DNA from: Amoebophrya sp. A120
Lineage: Eukaryota; Protista; Dinoflagellata
Direction of reading: 5' to 3'
DNA: 64,000 nucleotides
Assembly: GCA_905178155.1 (NCBI GenBank)
Contig: CAJINV010000005.1
Span: forward strand, 6,874,580 to 6,938,579
The notes under the pieces are model-generated. The model saw only the letters and a program-made list of their open reading frames with translations, was not told the origin of the DNA and searched no databases. Positions 36,960 to 49,300 of the stretch are shown here, in pieces; position 1 is the stretch's first letter, and each line of letters starts with the position of its first letter. Both the position numbers and the translations under genes were made by a program.

Positions 36960-37379
36960 TCGCTCATTATCGCACTCGTTCTCCGAATGGAACAAGAAAG
37001 TCAGTCGCTCTCGTTGAAGATATTTATTCGATTCTGCTATCATGATCTTTTTCTTTTCGCTTTCATCTTCACCACTAGCTCGCCCGTCATCGTTTTTTCT
37101 CGGTTCGCGCTTCGTTCTATTACTATTTTGTTGACCTCGTCGTCCTCCTCCTCGTCGTCTTCCTTGAGAGTCGTGAAAAACCCTTCCTGATTTCTCACTG
37201 GCTTCAAGATTCCGACATCGCAAATCAACAAGCACGTGTTTTATCGTGGCTTGCTCGTGCAGCTGTTAGAACATACGAGCGACATCAAGATTTTTACCAA
37301 TCGTTACAAGTACAAAAGCTGCGAAAAATTCTACAGAGCAATCACATGAAATTATACCGCGTACAACTGCGGAACAAAA

Positions 37380-40300
37380 ATGTCAATGACTTGCTTTTAC
37401 CACCACCACGACGCCGACCTATATGGTCTAGACGGCAAGAACACCCCCCTGTTCCCGGGAGACCTAGATCAGTTGGACAACAATCTTTACGGCGCTGAGC
37501 CTGGTGCATCGTCTCCCGCTGCAGTGCCTCTTGTGACAATGCACAACTCTCCCTCATCCTCACTTGTATAGCAGGAGCAGCAACAAAAGCAATGCCACAA
37601 AGGTAGCTTTTGCATGACAAATCCACAAATGGATTGCAGTCCTGTTTAACTTTAGGCGTCCAAAACTTGTCATCCGCAGAGTGCTTAAGGTCAAGAGGCG
37701 GATTGTGCGGTAGTTTGCATGACAAATAAGGGGGAAGGGGAGTTCTGCATTGTCATACCTCTGACTTATCCGGTTCCCCCCTCGGACGTGTTTTCCACGA
37801 AGACGAAAACGCCGCTGATGAATGGAAGCGGAAGTGGAAACACAACTTCAACTGCCTCTGGTGCAAATGACGACGCAATAGCAGCTCCATTCTCGACGTC
37901 CGCAAAGAAGGCGAAAAAACTGCTCGGGAGCTCGAAATTATACAACCTCATGTTCGGAGGTCGTGGAGACGAGGCTGCTTCGTCTTCTTCAACGGCAGCG
38001 AACAAGAATAAAAATCTCGGAGAGATGGACTACAAAAGCAACCCGGCTCCTTTCCGGGAATACTTCCTGAACATCCTTGGGAGCTCCGGACTGAATGAGA
38101 AAATCAGCTCGGATATCAGCCGTAAAGATCAATCGGGGTGAGGAATAATGAGTACCATCTACTACGCACGACAGCAACGCGTGGCTTCCAAGAATTGTCA
38201 TGTTGTGCTCGTCCACTTGCAAGTGTGCCAGGCATCCATTCTTCCATCCCCATCACAAGTTTCCAGAGGACCCAGATCGATATTTGCGATGCATATCCGA
38301 CGGCAACTCCGAGTCCAACACGGGGACCGCTGGTTTGTTAAACGCTTACGAGGTACTATGTAAGAAAAAAACTGTGTAGTTGTAAATCTGTGATGCAGAA
38401 CATGCAACAGAGTTACACCTGTCATGCCAGAGTGCCACGCAGTCCACTTTTCATGTTTGTTTTCCGTTAGAAGCCACGCATGACAGGTTTTCTGTTATGT
38501 AGAGCAGATCTGTGATGCTGTCAGCCCAAGAATGTTACACTAACACAGTTTTTTTCTTGGATAGGTACTCATGCAGAAAGACTCTACAGCATCCAGTAGT
38601 GCCGGCGGCGCAACAAGCGGGCAAACATCAGCTGCTTCCGCCTCGTCTTCCGTAGCTGCAAATAACCTCGACACGATAGCTGATTACAATCAATTGCCGC
38701 AGAAAAAAGACCTTTTCTGGCTGGATTTGAAACCCAAGAACAGCATTCCGACCGGGGGAGGAGGTGGGGGAGTTACCGTGGCGCAGGAGAGCAACAAATC
38801 GGTGGATCATGTCGAAATATCCTGTGAGAATGTTGCTAATCGTACTCGTATCAACTTGAATTCATTTTGCATCAAGTAGGAACGTGCGTGGCACTGGCAG
38901 ATTTATTGCGGTCTTGGTCTTGTATTCAATTATTTTACCCTAATCCGCATCTAAGAATGCATTTTTTTCATGATATTCGTATAATTTGTTCGAGTGGGTG
39001 AATGTGGAGTTTCACTAGTAAAACTAAAAAAATTTGAGGCGGGTGCTTTTGGAAAAATGCATAGCGGACTTCTAAAAAAGCAGAAAACGTCGAACAGCCT
39101 GAAGATCGCGGGTTTCTCTTATCCTGAGTAGAAACATCTCCACCCTATAATCAAGATGGGAAAACTGCTAGACAAACCTACGAACTTAGGTTGTTGCGCA
39201 TGACAAGTTTGGCCTCATATTGTAATGCTGTTTAGCTCGTTCGGAAGCATCACAAATCTAGCCTACCATGCTGATTGGAGCATCACAAACTCAAGAACAC
39301 GATTAGAAATTGCTTCTCATGGGGCTCCGCATTAGAAACATTCTGAGCATGCGTTTTTGCATTACAACTAGGGGGTGGGGCCGTTTTTACATAGGATATC
39401 TCTTGCGTGCCATTCTCCCCGCCTCGAACAAAGTGAAACAATTATCCTGAGTAAAAACGTCCCCACTCCATAGTTGTCATGCAGATTTGCATCTACAGAA
39501 ACCTTTGTAATGCGGGTCCCAATGAGAGGCATTTCTATTCGTGTTTTGGGATTTGTAATGCCGAAAATAGGATGAGCAGACGGATTTGCGATGCGGCTGT
39601 CCTTCAGAACCTGCACTACACTACGGACTGCAGCTTGTCATGCGTGGCTCCCAAAGCTTCTAGATTTGTGTTGCTAAGTTCCCAAAGTGACTATGGGGTG
39701 GGGACGTTTTTACATATGATAGCAACGCCTCGAGGAACTGGAGCTGGAGCGATTTTTAGATCTGAATTTGCAGAAGCAGAAGGGGTATGCATTGCAAAAG
39801 TAACGTACTACGTACAAATTGCATTACAAATTTGCTCAGCTTGAAGAATGGAGTTTGTCATCCTGATTTCCCTTGGGAAGCAGATTTGTCATGCATATCA
39901 TATCTGCAAGCCGTACGAGTGCGATACTTTTGCAGTTGATAAGCGGCTCGGGTCCTACGCCTACAAAGACGTCTTCAACGTGCGCGGGTGGAATTTCAGC
40001 AAGGTCGGTCTATCAACCGCAAATATGTCTGGGTCTGGAAGATAATTGTCATGCATATTTTGCATGACCCAGGATGTCTGTAATGCACGACCTAGCATCT
40101 TCACAGATTTTTAGAGAGCTTCCTGATGCCCAATCCGCACGAGAAATAATGCCCCCGCCTCCGCGTAGCAACAATGAACTGGACTCCTGTTGCTGGTCAA
40201 CATGCACTACAAATTTCCTATAGAATCCAGTGCTATCGTCCGGATTTTGAGTCCACACGAATATGCATGAAGTCATCTCCTCTGAGTCCTCAGAGCGAGA

Positions 40301-43300
40301 CTCTTTTTTTTTGGATTGTGTTTGGGCCTAGAACTAAAGAGCAGCCTTTTAAAGCCATGCGCCATGCTAAGGATGTGGTTGCACGTATGGCAGCTGCGTG
40401 TAACCGAACTGGCTAGAATGGTAGTTGTAGTTTCCTAATTTTATCAAAGCATCGGATGAAGGAGGTAGTACAGTGAAGACTAAACAGTGGAAAAGGTAGA
40501 GCGACATTGCCGAAAAACTTCAACCAGCGCCGAAAGTCTTAACGAGCTGACTCTTGGCGCTGATTTGCTGTTTCTGAACCCCGTTGCAGTGGGGGGAGGA
40601 AAACAGCAGGCAGTGTCATCCCGGGCGTCCGTTCCCCCGCAGGCGTGAATGTGAGGGACGATGTAAGTAGGAGAAATACATATCTAAACAAGGACCTGGG
40701 GGTTGTATCTCCAACTGCCAGGCGGCAACCCAGCGAGTGCAGATTCAGCGGACGCAAGCCAAACGAACACAAGAGGAGGAACGAAGTCCGAGACGGCAAG
40801 AACAGCAGCAGCCACAGCCTTCCTTCTATGCCGTTTTATGACTTCTGCATGCCTTTTGTCTGTAATTTGTATAAAAAAAAAAAAATTTCCTATAGAATCC
40901 AGACACAGCATCACAAGTATGGACGGACAAAACCTTATTAATTCCGGATTTTATAGCTATAAAAATAGCTAGATTTAACTATGCATTTTTTAAGGTCGGT
41001 TTCCGTTTGGCAGCTCCATCCCTTCGTCTTCGTTTCGTTTCTGTTTCTTTTCCTTCCGTCTCCTCATTGGTTCGGTCAGTTGCGGTCTCGATAGCAAGAG
41101 AAGAAGCTGCTATTTGATCGTCGCGTTTTCGATGTGTTCGCCGCAGAAAGATCTTGAGGCGCATGATCCTGGCGACGTGGTTTTGTTGATCTAGATCGCG
41201 CTACATGTGTTAAAGCAAGCGATCATTTGTGTGGTCTCGCACATGATGTCGCTTCACGTACTACATTGCGGTGGCGAAAGTTGATTTTCGTGGATGGCAA
41301 AAAACAAGATCTTCATTGCCAGCAGCCGAGAAAAACATATCGAGAGTTTGAAGCTATTCTGAGCTTCTACATTGACAGAATGTTTTTGAAAGTGCACAGC
41401 TCGACCCCCTTTCACATGCATTACAAAAATTACAGCAAGTAGTGAGTAGCTCTGAGCCGTGCTTCGTGGGCCTTTATGTTTTTTATTTTGCCGGTGTTCG
41501 CTTACGGATCGCTGAAAAGCAGACCACTATGAAAAAATCTTAAAGCCACAACCACAGCGCGAGTCTCGAGCTCGTGTGTGATCCACATCTCGACGTAGTT
41601 CTTATGATTTTTGTGAAGCGGCTGCTTTTCGTGTGTTGATTGGAGGGGAACGAGCAGCATTGTGACCAATTTCGTTCGTATCGTTTTGATCGTGGGGCGT
41701 CGTCGTAAATGTGTGCGTCAAAGTCGCAAGCTCATCTACTGGGTCGTCGTTCCGCAATGCCAGACTTTCAAATAAAGACTAAGTTGAAGCTCAGCTGTCG
41801 TGGTCCTCGGAGTCGATTTCGACGTGTGTGTGAAAGCATCCGTGTAGCCGTGCGCGTACAAGTAGCGACAAATCTCAGCATCGTGTCGTTGGGGGGAAGC
41901 TATCGTTGCGCAGCTGTTGGGCATCGTGAGACGTGGGCCCTGTGTTAGTGGTTTAGATTTTGACTCTGACGTGGTTTTCTCATATGTAGCCAGAAGTTTA
42001 TCAGAGATGTCAAGGGGCATCAGACTGCAATATTTGTATTAGTATTTCAGAAGCATTCTCACGCTGAATAGAAGGAAACTAAGAAGCGAAGCTCTCATCT
42101 TTGACAAGCAGTAAAATTAGTACACATCTTGATCTTTTTGATGAGCCGAAGAAAAACAAAAAGTAAAAACACCTTCCTAGTTTTCCTCCGTCTACTACTG
42201 CTTTTCTTTTCTTTCTCGGATAGAACTGCCAGAGCATCAAATGCAACAATCAATGGTCGTGATGTCCTTCCGAGGTTGTGATGAGCTGGCACCCGCTTAG
42301 GTGGGGGGTTGCGTGGTCTCTTTCGTCATTGCTGCAACTGTCGGCGGAATAGCAGCTCTTGTTCAAATTTTCCACACGTGTTGGTCCAGGATGCCACGAC
42401 GTGCAGCCGAGAAGGGCGACGGGGCAGACGCCGGGTTTTTTGGTGAACAAGTTGGCGCTTCGGGCAAACAATACTCCAACTTGCAGAGGCTTCTTGAAGC
42501 TTATTTCGACCCGAATGACAAGAACAGCAACACTACTTCCGGCGCGTTTCTGAAACGCAATAGGAAGAGCAAGATCGTTTCCCTCGTGCCAACGTCGGAT
42601 ACTTTGCGGAAGCGGTTCTCCGCGTTCAAGGCCGACCGCGTGGTCGAAGGCGAGGCAGCTTGGGAACAGTTTGTGCGAGACCAGTGTGACCGGTTCAATG
42701 CGCCGTTCGACCGCGGCGACGCTGCTACGCGGAAGATCGTCGCAAAACCCAATCCGAACGCAGCACCAGCTGCGGAAAGTGAGACAGGAGGTAGTAGTGC
42801 GTCTGGTTCGCTGGATGCTGCGCAGGACTTGGCGCTGAACCCAGAAAAGTACTTCAACAACCCCGAGAAGAAGGACAACAACTTCGAGCACCTAAAGTCG
42901 ACCCGGAAGAAGGAGTACAAGTGGTTCGCACTGGGGAAAAGTTTAGGCGGAACCGCAAAGGCGCGGAACAAGACCTTCAAAATCGCCAGCAGTGCCGGCC
43001 TCTTCTCCCGGTTCAAAAAGATTACCCAAGGGCAGGCGGAGCTACGCGTTGATCACGCGCAGCGGAGCAGTTCCAAGTCCTGCTTCAATCTCCCGCGCCG
43101 GAAGAAAAGAGTCGTCATCCACCGCCACGTTGAGGTTTCCGAGTCTGAGGCAGAGGACGAGGAGGACGATATTCTTGCCGACGAAACGATCGTGAAGAAA
43201 CAGGGCAACGGGCGGGTGCGGGTCATGCGGGAAATTGCCGAAGAGGTTGAGATAACCGACGCGGAACTTTCCGAAGATGACGCTCCTTTGGTGCTGCCCG

Positions 43301-46300
43301 ACGGTGGCGACTACAACCTGGACGACGACCAGTTCCATCATCATCGCAACCAGCTGTTCGGTGATGATGTGAAGGTAGCAGCCGGCGGCATATCGAGGAA
43401 AGCAGCAAAAATTATCGCCCAGAAAGATGAGAAGGACAGGAACAAAGAAGCGGACCAGGAGCGAAAGGAGGCAGTTCGGTCGGAGCTGAAGTATTTCGAC
43501 GCCGGACGGATTGCTGCCCGCAACCGGTTGGTTTCGTTCTTATTGTCAAGCGGCATCTCCACCGCCGGTGATGCGAAGTGTAATGGTGCTGCCCCTGGTA
43601 CGTCGAAGAACAAGAACAATAACAGCACCGCTTCCAAAATCAACAGCAGCCAGAGCGTGAACGTGGGCGGCTTCTCATCTTCTGGCGCCTTGGCACAGTT
43701 AGGGGCGGCTGTGCGCCATCTGCTGCCAGCAAGTTTTCTCGGGTCCGGTGACTTGGTATCGGGAGAGCAAAGCATTCGTGCTACTGACCACGAGTTTCTG
43801 CGAAATCAAGCGGCGCCATCCATCTCGCCTGCGGATAGTGATATGAATATGTTCGACGACTTCGACTTCGAAGCGGAGTATCTTCCCCCGGATCCACCGA
43901 CCGCGGGGTCGAGCAGCAGCTCCAGTAGTAGTTCGGGAAGCGCAGCCGTCGGCAGTTCAGCAGCACGTGGCGTGCGCGCGTCCAAGTTTACCTTGTTGAA
44001 GCAGTTGCCGAGTAAATCCGTCTTGAAGCAGGCGGAGAAAAAACAGTCTCAACCGGTGGCGGGCAAAAGCAGCAAGGCGGTAAAGAAGAAGGTGGAAACC
44101 CTGCTCCCATCCTTGAGTGGTACCTGATTTTCATTTTTAGTTTTACTTTTACATTTACTATTATACCATGTTACTTTACTTATACTTTAACTTTTACTTT
44201 GCCACGCAGTGGCAGTACCACTACGACTACCAGTAGCAGCTCTTGTTCTTCAACTTCATCTGGATCTTGGTGCCGAGCTTCATCTTCTTCGCGTTCATTG
44301 TCAGTTTCAAACTCGAGGCACTACTCGTAGTCCTATTGTGAAGCCGAGTTGCAAGTGTAGAACTAGTTTCGATCGAGATTCATACTCTATTTCTAGTAGT
44401 TCTGACTGCAGTAGTAGTTGTGTTTGTAATGCTAAACATAAATCGACCTGTGCTTGTAGTCGAAAGCGGAACTATTGAAAAAGAAAACGAAAAAAAAAGC
44501 TGAAGCAGTCATGTAATACGAATACCACCAGATGAGGAGGAGGAGCCTGCTGCCCAGGTGGACACGCAGCCGGCGAGTTCGGCTTGCGGAGACAGTGGGG
44601 ATGGCTTCGACGCCTTTTTGAACTTTGGCTTCGGCAACGATGAACAGAATAGCCAGCCGTTCGGGTCGCTCGGTCAAAACAACTTTCCTTCCACCGCCCC
44701 GGACCTGGGATCATTTGGTGATGAAAATTCGCATCGTCTGCTGCAGTCCGGCTACCTCTATGGAACGGGGGTGAAGGGGGATCTGGGTCAGGCAGAAAAC
44801 CGGCCGAAGGTGGGGATACGAATCTCCCCGGACGCGACCCCGTACGATGAAATCAAGGCCCTCAATTGCTGGGCCACACTCTACAAAAGCGACTGGTACG
44901 ACCCCATGATCGTTTACTCCCACGATACCGTTTTGCCCACCATATCCACCGGCTCCGGCCATGAAGTTTTTTTACAGGATTTGTACGAATCCGCGTGGAG
45001 CATCGGATTCCCGCTACCCGGCATGTGGTCGAAGGTGTGTCGCGTCGGTAACAAGCTGCTGAAAATGCGGCCGTCGCTCATCTGCTCATCCGACTCCGCG
45101 TCCGACGTGAAAAAAGCAGTCAAGTGCTGGGTCGAGTATGCCACCGCGCAACGCTTCTACGACCCGGACCAACGGTTGGAGGAGCCGCTCTGGAATGTGA
45201 GCTGGCTCCAGTGCCAGTTGCATCTGGCCCACATTGTCGCGAGCACATTGGTCACCTTGTGTGGATTATGCTTTGCAAAAGTATAAGTAAAGTATCGCAG
45301 TCGCACTAGTAGTAGTAGCACTAGTAGAAATCGCATGAGAAAATCAAAATTGAAACTCGCCAGCAATGATGGCGAGATTAGATTTCTCATGCTGCGTACC
45401 AACTAAAAGTTAGTTTGTCATGCTGATCAGCATCAGCATCAACATCAGCAGCGGAACTTGTGATGCATTATTTTTCTTGCGACTGCTTTTGACTTTGAGT
45501 TTGAGTTTCGTTTTGCATTTGCTTTTGCTGCGAGAGCGATACTTACTTTAGCTTTTGCTCAGCATAGCGATCGTTGCTGCGGCTGGATTTTCGCCGAACG
45601 TTATCTGCGGTCTCCAAGACGGTCAATTTGTGGATCGCCCCGCGACGGGTAGCGAACGACAGGAAAGGGACAGTCCGGGGGCAAAAAACTACTGATGAAT
45701 TGCTGGTCGAGCTGTACACCGTCGACGACGAAGAATCGAAGAGACGCTTGCACCACATGACCTCGGTGGAGCAGGAGAAATTCCACAAGGAGCGCATCGC
45801 GAGCGACCCCAAATTGCTCGCGAAGAAGAGGCTGCTGGAGACCAAGCTTCGCTCTTCGGAGTCGGTCGTGAAGCGTGTCACCGGTTTCGTTCGGACGCGC
45901 TGGCTTTCGGTGGGAAAGTGTATCACGGGGCTGTGGAGGCAGCAGGAGATCATCGTCCAAAAAGTTCTGGATAAAAGTGATGACAAGCTGCAGAAGAAGA
46001 GCCGGAAGTTTCTTAACCGGGCCAAAGCTGCCTTCGGGAAGCCTCTGTGGTGGGGCGGGCTCCGCGTGTTGAGTCTCGTCCTGATTGAGATAGACCGCGT
46101 TGCGGGCGTCGTGATGCACAGTTGCTCCAAAGAATTGGACGGTGCCAGCATACCGGATTTTGTTGACAGTTTGCCGCGGTGTCACAAGGTCGACTTGTTT
46201 CAGCGGGTTACGGATTTCCTCGTCACCATCGGCGGCATGACGGTCCGCGGTCTCGCCACAGAGGGGCTGGCGCCGGTCGCCGCGATAATGTTCTGGACCA

Positions 46301-49300
46301 TGATACAGGAGATGGACCTACGACATTCTCCCCTTCGTGCATGGCCTTACCGATTGGCGTTTCTCTTCTCGAAGGACAAAGCGGAGCGTGCGGCAACTAT
46401 TCGAGACTTGCTGGCGGCGTGCGCCACCGAGGCGAAGCGGTCGCAGATGCCACTCGAGGCACTGGAGGTTTGGAAGTTGTTCCGGTTGGAGTTGAAGCAT
46501 GTTCTCGAAGCTCTCGAGCAAGGTCGTGTCGATGTCGGGTGGAGCAAACAGTTCTGCAGAAATCTGTGTCCCGTCGTCAGGGGCTTCCTCGCTAGCAGTC
46601 AGATCGCCGAAAGTTTGAACAGCACTACTTCCTGGGTAAAGCGGGAGGCCGGCGGTCTCATCGGCATTTTGCTGGGATCCGCCCGCACCTTCTGCAGACG
46701 GGGGGCGGGAAAAGATTTGGACTTCGAGCAGTTCCTCTTCATCAACGACCACTGCCTGTCGATCAGTGCAAATATGAGAATTCGGAAGCTGCTGGAGGAG
46801 AAGGGGATCTACGGCGACCCGCTGATTTCGGACCGAAGCGACTTCTTGCTGCGAAACGAGGTCCGGCCGGAAGAGAATCCGCATCGTGTGGTTGCGGAGC
46901 TGTTTGATGTACTTGCCCGGCCTGACTGTCCCGAGGCGGCGCCTCTCGTCGGGGGTGATAAGGCGAGGGGTGGGGCCGCGCGCACAAACTACGGTGGTCA
47001 GGCCCTGAACATGAAGGTCTTCGACTTTCGGGTTAGTGACATTCTGGGAATGCCTTTGTGGAACCGCGATGGAACGCCCGTGAAGAAGATGCAGTACTAC
47101 TTCGTGCTGAAGAAAACCAAGCAGGGCGCTCTTCTGGCCGAGGTGGTGGAAGACACGGACGGGAATGCGCCGCCGGGGCATCAGCTCCGGATGTCGGTCG
47201 ATTTTGGTGTCACGGTATCCGTTTCGGAAAAAACCAAAATACGTCGTGGAGTGGAAGTGCAGGTGCTGGATTTGTCATGCAAATCTTCTCTGTCATGCAG
47301 GGCCGGATCACAAGCCTGCTCCTGCTACTAGTTTTGCATTTGAGCATCAGCATTAACATGTACATGAGCATCACCATGCTGGCTCTCATTCTGCATGAGA
47401 AGGACTAATCTCAATTTGTGACTTCAACATGAGAAGAGCTTCAACGTGAACTAATCTGCATGAGAATGACTAGTCTCATTCTGCATGAGATTGGCTTCAG
47501 CACGAGCATCAGCTTCTTCATGTACATGGGCATCACAGTGCTGGCTCTCATTCTGCATGAGAAAGACTAATCTCAGTGAATTTGTGATGCAGCATGGGCA
47601 TCCAGAGCCAAGCTGCTCGGCACAATAAAGGCAGTCTGTGATGCGGGTCGCGACAATGTAGATCTGTAATGCTAGTATTGGTGGTAGTTTGCATCTGTCA
47701 TGCGCGGAACAATAGGACTAGCACTAGTACAACTAGGCTGCGCTTTTCAACTCAAACAACAACAATTATGGACTAGAAAGCACGGCAGGTTCTTGTCATA
47801 CAAGATCAATAGCCACGCAGCACAGACGGCCCTTTATTATCTCCTCGACGTACTTTTGGTTTTCCGTGCATAGTGCTGCTGGTTTTCCGATGCAATGTCC
47901 GCGCGCTACGAGGACCAGCCGGCAAAGTATGCGAAGAAGGCGGGGGAAAAAAAAGAGCCGCAGCTTCGACCCGTCGTCCAGAACGGTTCCACGCACCTGA
48001 AGTTCTACCACATGGACACGTCGAAGAGGCAGAGGCTCTGGCACATGGCACCGTCAACCGAATATGAATCCGAGTTCTACTATCAGCACCGGGTGAACGA
48101 TCTCGGCGTCCCCGACACTGAAAATCTGCGGCTTGGCTATAAGCCGGCCAAAACCTTCCCGGATCATGATCGCATCGTCGGCAAGTGCACTGTCATGCCG
48201 TGGGCCGACATCTGTTTGTCGAAGAACGCGGAAGAGGAGAACAGGGAGTTGAGGAAGGAGAAGCGGCTGCTGCGGAACGCGCGCATCGACTCACCGACCC
48301 GGCGATCCCGCGACGAGAAGTGGGGGAAGGTGCCGCAATCTATTAGGATGCCTGAAGTCGCGGCCAATGGGCTCGGCGACCGGGTTTACGGCATCTGGCA
48401 GATAGAACAAAAACAGTGGTGGGGGTATCTTGAAAAAGCAGTTCCCTTCGACCGCAGAAACGAGGTCCGGCCTAACGGCGCACAACCAGCAGGAGCAGTA
48501 CCTGCCGCAGTCGGGATCCAACCACCACAACCATCAGGCTCGGGCGCGCATGCAGGCGCGCGTGCGCATGCAGGCGCAGGCGGGCACGTGCGCGTGCACA
48601 CACATGCACACGCGGGTGACGGGCGCGGGCGTGCACCCGCGGGTACAGGCGCGGGCGGGCAGGCGCAGGCGAGCGCGCCTGCGGGCGCACACGCAGGTAC
48701 GGGCGCACACGCAGGTACGGGCGCACACGCAGGTACGGGCGCACACGCAGGTACGGGCGCGCACGCAGGTGCGGCCGCGCGCGCAGACACGGGCGCGCAC
48801 GCAGATACGGGCGCGCGCGAGCGTGTGGGCAAGCAACGCGCGGGTGCGGACACGCGCAATGCCGCGCAGCCGGGCGACGAGCAGCAGCCTTCTGGTTCCG
48901 GAAATGCAGGCGCACAACAGCAAAATGGAGATGAAGGGGAAGATCAGCAACAGAAAAACAAAAAACCGTGTGCCGCCCGAAAGAAGTACTTCGTCGCCAA
49001 AACGCGGCAAGAATTCGTCAGGAAGATGGTAGAGTTTGAAAACGGGAAGATCTGTGAGGTGGAGCGTGCCACACCGGAACAGGAAGTAGCTGCGAGCGCC
49101 TCGCTGGCGCAATACCAGAAGGAGAACAAAGTTCTGGAGAAGAAACAGAAGGGCGAGGACATCGAGCTTGACAGCGACATGGAAAGCACATACGAAGAGA
49201 CCGATGATTCTTCCAACTTCGGATCTTCAAGTGATGACTCGGACTAATGGTGCGGGGGATGTAGCGCATAAAGCTAAAGATCAGGACTTAAAGACACAGA

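Noticed and set aside
40231-40260. Possible dinoflagellate spliced-leader relic at the retroposon 5' end
   Set aside because: No match to CCGTAGCCATTTTGGCTCAAG is visible.
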